Assembly (NCBI GenBank): GCA_963750045.1
Contig: CAVVPD010000009.1
Location: 72,089-136,088, forward strand
DNA: 64,000 nt
From: an uncultured Actinomycetes bacterium
Lineage (GTDB): Bacteria > Actinomycetota > Acidimicrobiia > IMCC26256 > DASPTH01
Direction of reading: 5' to 3'
Shown piece after piece: positions 26,662-34,908 of this stretch. Position 1 is the first letter of the stretch; the number at the start of each line of letters is the position of its first letter. The notes below the pieces were generated by a model. That model was not told where the DNA came from. It worked only from the letters and a program-made list of their open reading frames with translations, and searched no databases. Position numbers and translations under genes: made by a program.

Positions 26662-27878
26662 GCGGGGCGACGTTGCGAGAGCTCCAACCCGTTGTCGCGC
26701 ATCGCGAGTCGTGACTCCTCGGGGGTGAACCCGAAGTTCTCGAGGTCCTTGATGTAGGCGGTGGGTTCGGCGAGTCCCTCGGCGTGGGGGTAGTCGGAGC
26801 CCATCAGCATGCGGTCCGCACCGAGCAGGTCGCGGAACGCCGCGAGCTCGTCCTCGTAGTACGGCGACACCCACACGTGGCGCTTGAACGTCTCGCGCGG
26901 GTCTTCCGGGTACGCGTACGGGGTCTGCGAGTACGACTTCTTCAGCTTGTCGAAGAGGTGGAACACCCAGTCGGAGCCGGTCTCGATCGACGCCATGCGC
27001 AGGTTCGGGAACCGCTGGAACAGGCCGTGCGCGAGCAGGTTGGCGAACCAGTCCTGCACCGCGCTCCACGACACGATCGACCGGAACGGGTTCTGGCGGA
27101 ACGCTTCCATCTCGGCGCCCTCGCCCCAGTCGGCGAGGTAGCGCGAGTAGTAGGCGTTGCCGCCGTGCGCGGTGACGACCGCGCCGGCCTCGTTGAGGAG
27201 TCCCCACATCGGATCGAACCGCGGGTCGGCCGGCGACAGCGGACCCGCGTGGGTGATCACGGGACCGGGCACGAGCACGAAGAACCGTGCGTCGCGCTCG
27301 AGCGCCCACTCGACGGTCTTCACCACTTCGTCGGGGTCGACCATCGTGAGCACGGGCGCGCCGAAGATCCGCTCCTGGTAGGCAAAGCCCCAGTCGTCAT
27401 CGAGCCAGCGGTTGAAGGCGCGGAACGCGGCGAGCAGCGCGGGTGGGTCGTCGAGCAGCGCCTGCTCCATGCCGACGCCGAGGGTGGGGAGGAAGATGGC
27501 GCCGCGCATGCCCTGCTCGTCCATGAGCCGCAGCCGGGCGTCGCGGTCGAGGTACTCGGGGTGCTCGCTCAGCGGGTCGAGGTCGCCGAAGAGCTCGCGG
27601 ACGCCCGCACCCTTGGGGTTGCGGCCCCGGAAGTACTCGTCGAGCGCGCCCGGCTTCGAGATCGGGTCCCAGGTGGGGTTCGGGATGAAACGGTTGACCT
27701 TGCCGCCGACGAGCAGGCGCTGCTTGCCGTCGATCTCGGCCCACTGCATCGTGCGCTTGGCCATCCCGGGCTCGGCGTAGCGGGTGAAGGCGTCGGTCGC
27801 CTCGTAGTAGTGGTTGTCGCAGTCGAACACTTCGAAGTCGACGTTGCTGGTCACGGATCCCCCTCCGAACGCAGGCAC
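26658..27878 (-). CDS. Amidohydrolase-2 (ACMSD-like metal-dependent hydrolase/decarboxylase) family protein
   Basis: 406 aa. Contains FDCDNHYYE at the N-terminus and a later SDYPHAEG metal-ligand motif, typical of the family. Confidence 0.8.
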   Translation of the reverse strand: MPAFGGGSVTSNVDFEVFDCDNHYYEATDAFTRYAEPGMAKRTMQWAEIDGKQRLLVGGKVNRFIPNPTWDPISKPGALDEYFRGRNPKGAGVRELFGDLDPLSEHPEYLDRDARLRLMDEQGMRGAIFLPTLGVGMEQALLDDPPALLAAFRAFNRWLDDDWGFAYQERIFGAPVLTMVDPDEVVKTVEWALERDARFFVLVPGPVITHAGPLSPADPRFDPMWGLLNEAGAVVTAHGGNAYYSRYLADWGEGAEMEAFRQNPFRSIVSWSAVQDWFANLLAHGLFQRFPNLRMASIETGSDWVFHLFDKLKKSYSQTPYAYPEDPRETFKRHVWVSPYYEDELAAFRDLLGADRMLMGSDYPHAEGLAEPTAYIKDLENFGFTPEESRLAMRDNGLELSQRRPA

Positions 27879-27970
27879 GATCAGGGTCCAAGTGTACGCG
27901 GCGCTGCAGGAATCGTCTCCGGCGCGCCATACTGCGGGTTCGCAACTGCACCGGCCCGAGCGGAGGAACC

Positions 27971-28786
27971 ATGGCCCCTGACCCCTACCACTACGACGGC
28001 AAGACGGTCGTCGTCACCGGCGGCGCGACCGGGGTCGGCGCCGCTCTCATCGAGCTGCTCGCCGAGCTCGGCGCCGCCTCGGTGACCGTGCTCGACGTGA
28101 AGGAGCCGAGCGGGCCCCACGACCGGTTCCTCCCGACCGATCTCTCCGACCCGGCCGCGGTTGACGCTGCGCTCGCGGCCATCGACGGCCCGGTCGACGT
28201 GCTGTTCAACAACGCGGGCGTGGCCGACACGCTGCCGTCGGAGACCGTCTTCGCGGTGAACTTCCTCGCGCTGCGCACGCTGTCCGAAGGGCTGCTCCCG
28301 CAGATCAACCCCGGTGGCGCCATCGTCAACACGGCGTCCATCGCCGGCGGCCAGTGGACGACCCGCCTGGCCGAGATCACCGAGCTGATCGGCATCGCCG
28401 ACTGGCGCGATGCCGCCGAGTGGTACGCGGCGCAGAGCTTCGAGATCGACACCTACTCGTTCACCAAGGAGTGCGTGCAGGTGTACACGATGCACTCGTC
28501 GCATCAGACGCTCGCGAGCAGTGTGCGCACCAACAGCGTGTGCCCGGCGCCCATCGACACGCCGTTGCTGCCCGACTTCCGCAAGACCATGACCGACCAG
28601 ATGATGGACTTCGCCATCGACAACGCGGGCGGTCGGTTGGTGACGCCACGCGAGGTCGCGCTCGCGCTCGGCTTCCTCGGGAGCGACGCGGGCGTGTTCG
28701 TGAACGGGGTGAACCTCAACGTGGACAACGGGTTCACCGCGTCGATGGTCACCGGGCAGATCGACTTCTCGACCCTGGCCGGCTGA
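27971..28786 (+). CDS. Short-chain dehydrogenase/reductase (SDR)
   Basis: 271 aa. Contains KTVVVTGGATGVGAA (TGxxxGxG) and LFNNAGV (NNAG). The Ser-Tyr-Lys region is around NTASIAG...YSFTKE. Confidence 0.85.
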   Translation: MAPDPYHYDGKTVVVTGGATGVGAALIELLAELGAASVTVLDVKEPSGPHDRFLPTDLSDPAAVDAALAAIDGPVDVLFNNAGVADTLPSETVFAVNFLALRTLSEGLLPQINPGGAIVNTASIAGGQWTTRLAEITELIGIADWRDAAEWYAAQSFEIDTYSFTKECVQVYTMHSSHQTLASSVRTNSVCPAPIDTPLLPDFRKTMTDQMMDFAIDNAGGRLVTPREVALALGFLGSDAGVFVNGVNLNVDNGFTASMVTGQIDFSTLAG

Positions 28787-28797
28787 GGGAGGCGCGC

Positions 28798-30003
28798 GTG
28801 CCGAATCATCCCGTCCGCGACGACCTGGACCTGCTCGACGGCGCGTGGTACTCGTGTGAGCCGCACGACGACTGGACCTGGATGCGCGCGAACGCGCCCG
28901 TCTACTACGACGCCAAGAGCGACGTCTGGGCCATCACGAAGTACGACGACGTGCTCGCGATCGAGAAGGACGCCAGGCGCTTCTCGAGCTACGGCGGCCC
29001 GCGGCCCCACGGCATGCCGTTGCCGATGATGATCAGCATGGACAACCCGGAGCACCAGCGCCGTCGCTCGCTCGTGTACCACGGGTTCACGCCCAAGCGC
29101 GTCGCCGAGCACGAGGCCCGGATCCGCGCGATCTGCGACGAGATCGTCGACCGGGTGTGCGAGCGGGGCGAGTGCGACTTCGTGTGGGACATCGCCGCGC
29201 CGTTGCCCCTCCTGTTGATCGCCGACATGCTGGGCTTCGAGCCGAGCGCCTACGACGACCTGCTCAAGTGGTCGGACGATCTCATCCGGGCCACCACGGC
29301 AGAACCCGAGCCGGAGATCGCGCAGGCGTCGATGGAGGCCAGCCTCGGGTTCCGCGAGCTCCAGCTCGGCGTGATCGCCGACCGCCGCTCCAAGCCCCGG
29401 CAGTCGGATCTCATCAGCCTGCTGTGCCACTCCGAGGTCAACGGGGAACGTCTCGACGACGAGTCGATCGTGCAGGAGACGCTGCTCATCCTCATCGGCG
29501 GAGACGAGACCACCCGCCACGTCATCACGTGCGGTCAGCTCGCGCTGTTCGACCACCCCGACCAGCGCGACATCATGCGCGACGAGCCCGGCGCGCTGCT
29601 GAGCGGCGTCGAGGAGATGCTCCGCTGGGTGTCGCCGATCAAGAACATGTCGCGCACGGTGGTGCGCGACGTCGAGCTCCGAGGTGAGACGCTCCACGCC
29701 GGCGACCAGCTGATCCTGATGTACCCGTCGGCCAACCGCGACGACGACGAGTTCCCGGACCCGTTCACCTTCGACGTGCGCCGCGACCCGAACCACCACA
29801 TCGCGTTCGGGTTCGGGCCGCACTACTGCCTGGGGCAGGCGTTGGCGCGCCTCGAGCTCAACGTGATGTTCGACGTGCTCTTCCGCCGGCTCCCCGACCT
29901 CGAGCTGGCGACCACCGACCCGCTGCCGTACCGCGAGTCGAACTTCATCGTCGGCCCCGAGGCCATGCCGGTGCAGTTCACCCCCACCGAGGCCGCGCGC
30001 TGA
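28798..30003 (+). CDS. Cytochrome P450
   Basis: GTG 28798 follows GAGGGAGG and is in frame with ORF 28354..30003. Contains I-helix LIGGDETT, EEMLRW (ExxR) and the heme loop FGFGPHYCLGQALA. Confidence 0.9.
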   Translation: MPNHPVRDDLDLLDGAWYSCEPHDDWTWMRANAPVYYDAKSDVWAITKYDDVLAIEKDARRFSSYGGPRPHGMPLPMMISMDNPEHQRRRSLVYHGFTPKRVAEHEARIRAICDEIVDRVCERGECDFVWDIAAPLPLLLIADMLGFEPSAYDDLLKWSDDLIRATTAEPEPEIAQASMEASLGFRELQLGVIADRRSKPRQSDLISLLCHSEVNGERLDDESIVQETLLILIGGDETTRHVITCGQLALFDHPDQRDIMRDEPGALLSGVEEMLRWVSPIKNMSRTVVRDVELRGETLHAGDQLILMYPSANRDDDEFPDPFTFDVRRDPNHHIAFGFGPHYCLGQALARLELNVMFDVLFRRLPDLELATTDPLPYRESNFIVGPEAMPVQFTPTEAAR

Positions 30004-30017
30004 ACCAGCGCGACGAG

Positions 30018-30527
30018 TTGGCGGCCGGCGACTTCTCGTCCTGGCTCCGCGACATGCAGGGCGCGCTGCGGGGCGAACGCGACTCGGTCGTCCCCTGTGG
30101 TGACTGCACCGCGTGCTGCACCGCGTCGCAGTTCGTCCACGTGGGGCCCGACGAGCACGACGCGCTCACGCACATTCCGCCGGCCCTGTTGTTCCCCGCA
30201 CCCGGGCTGCCGCGCGGGCACGTGCTCCTGGGGTACGACGAACGTGGGCACTGCCCGATGCTGGTCGACGGCGCGTGTTCGATCTACGAGCACCGTCCCC
30301 GCGTGTGCCGCACCTATGACTGCCGGGTCTTTCCTGCGACCGGGCTCGTCCCCGATGACAAGCCCTTGATCACGCAGCGAGCGCGGCGGTGGCGGTTCAG
30401 CCATCCGAGCGGTGAGGACCGCCGGCGGCATGACGCGGTGCGGGCGGAGGCCACGCTCCTGCTCCGCGCGCACCCCGACGCCACGCCGACCGCGCTGGCG
30501 GTGGCGGCCGTGGAGCTCTCGGAATGA
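30018..30527 (+). CDS. YkgJ/UPF0153-type cysteine-cluster (putative Fe-S/Zn) protein
   Basis: 169 aa. Contains PCGDCTACCTAS plus a downstream CPML...CSIYEHRPRVCRTYDC cluster. TTG start. Confidence 0.7.
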   Translation: MAAGDFSSWLRDMQGALRGERDSVVPCGDCTACCTASQFVHVGPDEHDALTHIPPALLFPAPGLPRGHVLLGYDERGHCPMLVDGACSIYEHRPRVCRTYDCRVFPATGLVPDDKPLITQRARRWRFSHPSGEDRRRHDAVRAEATLLLRAHPDATPTALAVAAVELSE

Positions 30528-30586
30528 GGTGGACCGTGCACCCGCTGTCGACAAGGGCGCCAGGAGGCCGTACTCGCACTCGACTC

Positions 30587-30685
30587 GGGCCAGGCACCCC
30601 TGCGGCACACGAGAGGGCCCGCTGAGAGCTGCTTCCTTCCGGACCTGACTCGATTCACAGGATCCCGTTGCGCAGGACCCGACCC
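30587..30685 (-). ncRNA. ffs: Signal recognition particle RNA (small bacterial 4.5S type)
   Basis: The minus strand reads GGGUCGGGUCCUGCGCAACGGGAUCCUGUGAAUCGAGUCAGGUCCGGAAGGAAGCAGCUCUCAGCGGGCCCUCUCGUGUGCCGCAGGGGUGCCUGGCCC. The invariant domain IV motif GUCAGGUCCGGAAGGAAGCAGC (plus-strand 30628..30649) has a GGAA tetraloop. The terminal helices CCUGCG/CGCAGG and GGGUCGGGU/GCCUGGCCC close a 99-nt hairpin. The ends are accurate to a few nt only. Confidence 0.85.
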
Positions 30686-30842
30686 TCAACGCTTCGTACG
30701 AGCCGTACCTCACGGCGGCCCGAGCCTCGAACGGGAATTCAGCCCCCCAGACGTGGGTTTGGGGTACAGGGCACCACGAGCTCCCCGCCTAGCACGGTCC
30801 GTCTCGGAGGCTACACGCCAGCCGGGTAGCATCGACCGCCCT

Positions 30843-30930
30843 GGAGGGGTGCGAGAGCGGCCGAATCGGCACGCTTGGAAAGCGTGTGTGGGGCAACTCA
30901 CCGTGGGTTCGAATCCCACTCCCTCCGCCA
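30843..30930 (+). tRNA. tRNA-Ser (anticodon GGA), with encoded CCA
   Basis: Sequence is GGAGGGGUGCGAGAGCGGCCGAAUCGGCACGCUUGGAAAGCGUGUGUGGGGCAACUCACCGUGGGUUCGAAUCCCACUCCCUCCGCCA. It has anticodon stem CACGC/GCGUG, loop UU-GGA-AA, a long variable arm and a GGUUCGAAUCC T-loop. Confidence 0.93.
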
Positions 30931-30944
30931 AACCGCGGTCCGAG

Positions 30945-32383
30945 TCATCGTTGCGGGGTCGTGGTCCCAGCGGTGGCAGCCGCCGCCGCCACCGTCGTGG
31001 GCGCATAGCCGACTTTGGTGACCGTCACCTCGCGCTTCACCGGTGATGTCGAAGCCCTCCCCGCGCGGTTGGTCGTGAGCTTCGTGTTCCTTCCGATGTC
31101 GATCTTGGCTCCACGTACCGCTCGACCGGTGTCCGTCACCGTGTAGACGACCTTCTTCTTCGTCGTCTTCACATCGACACGGAGACCGGGAAGGACCGAG
31201 GCGTGCCAGGTCGCGAGCTCGCGGCCGACGCTGACCGCCGCGAACACATCGATCTCGTCCTCGACGGCATCCGCGGTGAGCCTCCACACGATCGTCGCGC
31301 CGGTCGGGGGCGCGAACACCGAAGGTGCGCCCACGCTCGTTGCCGACGTGTCCGTGCGGGCCGCGTACAGCCGGCCAGCCGCCGCGTCCTCCCACACCAC
31401 CCAGATCCGCCCGTCGGGTCCCGGGGACGCGGTGACCGCCTCGATGTCCTCACCCGTAGCCACCACCATGGGCGTGGACGAGCCGACCTTCCACAAGAGC
31501 ACGCTCGAGCACGTCGGGTAGCCGCTGCAGTACGCGACATAGACGCCGCCGCCCGCACGTTCGACGATCGGCGTGCGCTGCGACGGCGTGACCGCCATGC
31601 CGTCAGGAGTCGCCGAGTCCGGGCTCGCCGGCTGGTGCCCACGGCGGGCTCGACGGCCTGGACGTAGGTACCGGTCTCACCCTCGACATTCGAGAACCAC
31701 CCGACGGTACCCGTACCGTCGGGTTCGAAGACGAGGTTCGGGTTGTACGCGCAGCACTTCGTGCCGGGCAAGAGGTCGCGGTCGGGATCCGCGGGGTTGA
31801 CACCCGCGTGGTAGCCCAGCACGAACGAGTACGCGTAGGTGAACGCCGGCGTGTCGTCGGGGTTCACCGCCGCGCCGACGCCCTCGGGGATCGCGCTCGT
31901 CGTCGACGACACGCGCCCGGGACTCGTCGTCCAGGTCTCGCCGTCGGAGGGCGCGGTGGCGCTCTGGACGCCGTCCCTCGACGCGGTCGATCCGGTGAGC
32001 GCGGCGAAGAGCACGCGGAGCGTGCCGTCGTTCTGCACCACGACAGCAGGGTTGCCGACCGATGCCCAACCGCCCGACGCCACGCTCGTCGCGCCCACCG
32101 ACCCGGTCGCGCTCACGGGGGTGTGGCGGATCTCCTCCTGGTTCGGGCCGACCCGCTTGCGCCACAGGACGTGCAGGGAACCGTCCTCGGTTCGCGCGAC
32201 TCCGACCTCGTCGATGTTGCGGCCGTCGACGTCGGTGACCCGCGTCCACGTGACCGCGTCGGGATCGGCGGCGTCGGCGACACCCGTCGGAACGAGCGCG
32301 ATGCCGGCGAGCAGCGCCACGAACAGAGCCGCGAGCATCGGCCTCGCCACCGAGCCACTGTTGCACCCGCGCGTCGGTCGCAT
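30945..32383 (-). pseudogene. Secreted protein of unknown function (repeat/propeller-like, with a C-terminal Ig-like tail), with one -1 frame break as assembled
   Basis: A signal peptide (MLAALFVALLAGIALVPTGVADA) and ~245 aa are in ORF 31169..32383, up to ...GTYVQAVEPAVGT. The frame of ORF 30945..31598 continues PASPDSATPDGMAVTPSQRTPIVERAGGGVYVAYCSG... Length is 3n+2. The junction is about 31628-31640. Confidence 0.65.
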
Positions 32384-32538
32384 TCCTTTCGCCCCCCCGA
32401 ACCCCAGGGACTCCGCGGACCGCGGACAGAGAGTATCCGCTCGTCCGGGTGCACTCGACGGCCTGCAGGCGCTTGCTCGGAGACGGGGTCCGCGACAGCA
32501 TGAGGTGCCGGTTCGTGCAAGCTCGGGAAGGGCGCGGG

Positions 32539-33399
32539 ATGAAGAAGCGCGAGGAAGACTTCGAGGCCTCCATCGAGCGCGAGAAGCGCGACGGCAAGGC
32601 GTGGCAGGAGCGTGAGATGCGCATGGCCCAGGAAGCCGCGCAGACCGAGGGGGGGATGAAGGATCTCACCGCGAAGCTGGCGGCGGAGGCCATCACGGGT
32701 CAGGACGCGGCCGAGATCCTGGGCGACCCCGCGTTCGCTCCCCCGTCGCCGAGCATCCTCGATCAGCCCCTCCTGGTGATCTTCCAGGAACCGAAGATGG
32801 TCGAAGTCTCGGACCGCTACCACTATGCGCTCGCCGACGGCACGGAGCTCGCGGTCGGCGAGCAGGTCAACCAGGGATCGACCCGCAAGCTCCTGCGCAT
32901 GTCGACGAGCCTCGACTCGATGATGAAGTCCGTCGTCGAGGTGACCCAGGACGGAGCGAAGGTCTTCGCGATGGAGCGCAAGGGGACCCTCGGCAAGAAC
33001 ACGATGGTCATCACCGACGCCGCGGGCGCCGAGCTCGGCGAGGTCAAGCAGACCAAGAAGGGACCGCGGCGAGCTCGCTTCGCACTGCGCTCCGGCGGTC
33101 AGGACCTGGCGACGATGGAGACGGGCCGACTCGGCGAGGGCCAGGGCTTCGACATCGTCGACCCGCAGGGCGAGCTGGTGGCCATCGTGCGCCGGCTCTA
33201 CCAGGGCGTCGTCAAGAGCGTGAGCACCAGCATGCTCTCGTCGCCTGACAACTACGCGCTGCGGCTCGCGAGGCAGCTCACCGATCCCCTCCGCACGCTC
33301 GTGATCGCGACGCCGATGTCGGTCGACTCCGCTATCAACCAACGAAACGATGGCGTCGGCCTCGAGGACGTGAAGGGCATCTTGCGGAAGTTCACCTGA
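32539..33399 (+). CDS. Scramblase / LURP-one-like (tubby C-terminal fold) family protein with a charged N-terminal extension
   Basis: ATG 32539 is in frame with ORF 32449..33399. The N-terminus is Lys/Glu-rich (MKKREEDFEASIEREKRDGKAWQEREMRMAQE). The C-terminal ~200 aa show the alternating beta pattern of scramblase/LOR proteins (YALADGTELAVGEQ...FAMERKGTLGKNTMVITDAAGAELGEVKQ...FDIVDPQGELVAIVRR). The family call is from pattern memory only. Confidence 0.55.
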   Translation: MKKREEDFEASIEREKRDGKAWQEREMRMAQEAAQTEGGMKDLTAKLAAEAITGQDAAEILGDPAFAPPSPSILDQPLLVIFQEPKMVEVSDRYHYALADGTELAVGEQVNQGSTRKLLRMSTSLDSMMKSVVEVTQDGAKVFAMERKGTLGKNTMVITDAAGAELGEVKQTKKGPRRARFALRSGGQDLATMETGRLGEGQGFDIVDPQGELVAIVRRLYQGVVKSVSTSMLSSPDNYALRLARQLTDPLRTLVIATPMSVDSAINQRNDGVGLEDVKGILRKFT

Positions 33400-33438
33400 G
33401 GCGAGATCCTCTCGGCGTCGATCCGTTCGTCGATCGTT

Positions 33439-34629
33439 CTAGAGATCGGGAAGCCGATCGGGCACGTCCAGGCGGTAGAGCCGCTTGCAGTTGTCGTGCA
33501 GCATCTTCTTGACCTCGGTCTTCGGGAGCCCCCGGAAGTTGCGCTCGATGGTGATGCGGCTGTTCGGCCAGTCGGTGCCGGTGTGCGGGTAGTCGCTCGA
33601 CCACATCAGCTGGTCGACGTTGAGGCGGTGGCGCAGGTCCATCCCGACGGTGTCGATCATGAACGTCGCCCAGAAATTGCGGTGGAAGATGCGGCTGGGT
33701 GTGACCCGCATGCCGTCACCGTTCGTGAAGAACCGGTAGCGGAAGAACATGTCGTCGACCTGCTCGAGCAGCGTCGGGATCCAGCCGATGTTCGACTCGA
33801 CGAGCAGGAGCTGCACGTCGCTGAAGCGCTCGAACACGCCGGAGAACAGCAGCTTGCACACCACGGGGAGGGTGTTCGCGCCCGACTTGGTCGCGCCGGC
33901 CGCGCCCATGAACTGCGGGGTGCTCATGTTCGTCGGGCCGGTCTTCGACACGCCGGTGGTGGGGAGGAAGCTGCCGATGTGCACCGCCACCGGCGTGCCG
34001 GTCTCCTGGGCGAAGGCCCAGAACCGGTCGTCCTCGGACGCCGGGTCGAGGCTGCCGTTCGGGAACGCGGAGATGACGACGCCCCGGTGGCCGAGCGCGA
34101 GCGAGCGCTCCATCTCGGCGATGGTGTCGTCGGTGCCGGTCGTCGGCAGGATCGCCTGACCGATCAGCCGGCCGTCGGAACCGTCGCAGAACTCGGCCAG
34201 CCAGTCGTTGTAGGCGCGCACGCACGCGACCTGGAGCTCGGGTTCGGAGCCGTAGATCTTGGCGCCGAGCAACGTGACGCTCGGGTACAGCACCTGCAGG
34301 TGGATGCCGTCGATGTCCATGTCGGCGAGCCGGGCCTTGGTGTCGAAGCTGCCCGGGCGCATCTCGTCGTAGCGGCCGCCGACCGGCGCGAAGTCGAGGT
34401 AGCCGAGCCCGGCGGTGGCGGTGAGGCCGACGGGGCGGACGCTCTCGCCGTCGTTGAACGACCAGAAGTCGCCTTCGTCGCGGTGCACCAGCGTCGGGGC
34501 CCGGTCCCTGAACTTCGCCGGGACCCGCCCGGCCCAGGTGTCGGGGGGCTCGTTGACGTGCGCGTCGCAGTCGAGGATCGGGTAGGCGATGGAGCGGTGG
34601 TCGTAGAACAGGTCGGTGTTCGGTGTCAT
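33439..34629 (-). CDS. Amidohydrolase-2 family protein
   Basis: ATG 34629 (MTPNTDLFYDHRSIAYPILDCDAHVNEPPD) is in frame with ORF 33439..35022. Contains DCDAH and a late SSDYPHTG metal-ligand motif. Confidence 0.82.
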   Translation of the reverse strand: MTPNTDLFYDHRSIAYPILDCDAHVNEPPDTWAGRVPAKFRDRAPTLVHRDEGDFWSFNDGESVRPVGLTATAGLGYLDFAPVGGRYDEMRPGSFDTKARLADMDIDGIHLQVLYPSVTLLGAKIYGSEPELQVACVRAYNDWLAEFCDGSDGRLIGQAILPTTGTDDTIAEMERSLALGHRGVVISAFPNGSLDPASEDDRFWAFAQETGTPVAVHIGSFLPTTGVSKTGPTNMSTPQFMGAAGATKSGANTLPVVCKLLFSGVFERFSDVQLLLVESNIGWIPTLLEQVDDMFFRYRFFTNGDGMRVTPSRIFHRNFWATFMIDTVGMDLRHRLNVDQLMWSSDYPHTGTDWPNSRITIERNFRGLPKTEVKKMLHDNCKRLYRLDVPDRLPDL

Positions 34630-34692
34630 GCCCGCCACGGTGGCACGCGGGGGCGCCGCGCACAATTGGGGTGACCGGACCAGACTGCAACC

Positions 34693-34908
34693 ATGGCGGT
34701 CACGATCTACGGCGTCTGCGCGGTCACCTTCATGATGGTGATGTACGCACTGGAAGGGCGCGGGCGGCGGTTCGTCCTGCTGTTCGCTCTCGGCTGCGTG
34801 CTCTCGAGCGTCTACGGCTTCCTCTCGGGCGCCTGGCCCTTCGGCGTGGTGGAGCTCATCTGGTCGGCCGTCGCCGTTCGCCGCTACCGCGAGCTCGCAC
34901 CCGTCTAG
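34693..34908 (+). CDS. Small (71 aa) two-TM membrane protein, unknown function
   Basis: ATG start, very clean GC3 bias and two hydrophobic helices (IYGVCAVTFMMVMYAL, FVLLFALGCVLSSVYGFL). The stop overlaps the convergent MMPL stop by 4 nt. Confidence 0.6.
   Translation: MAVTIYGVCAVTFMMVMYALEGRGRRFVLLFALGCVLSSVYGFLSGAWPFGVVELIWSAVAVRRYRELAPV

Noticed and set aside
23990-26757. Two very long ORFs (760 aa on the minus strand, 797 aa on the plus strand) covering the tadA and acyl-CoA ligase region
   Set aside because: Only the short segment encoding the TadA N-terminus is real in the minus-strand ORF. The rest is alternative-frame or antisense reading of the ligase gene, with low-complexity Arg/Pro/Gly content.
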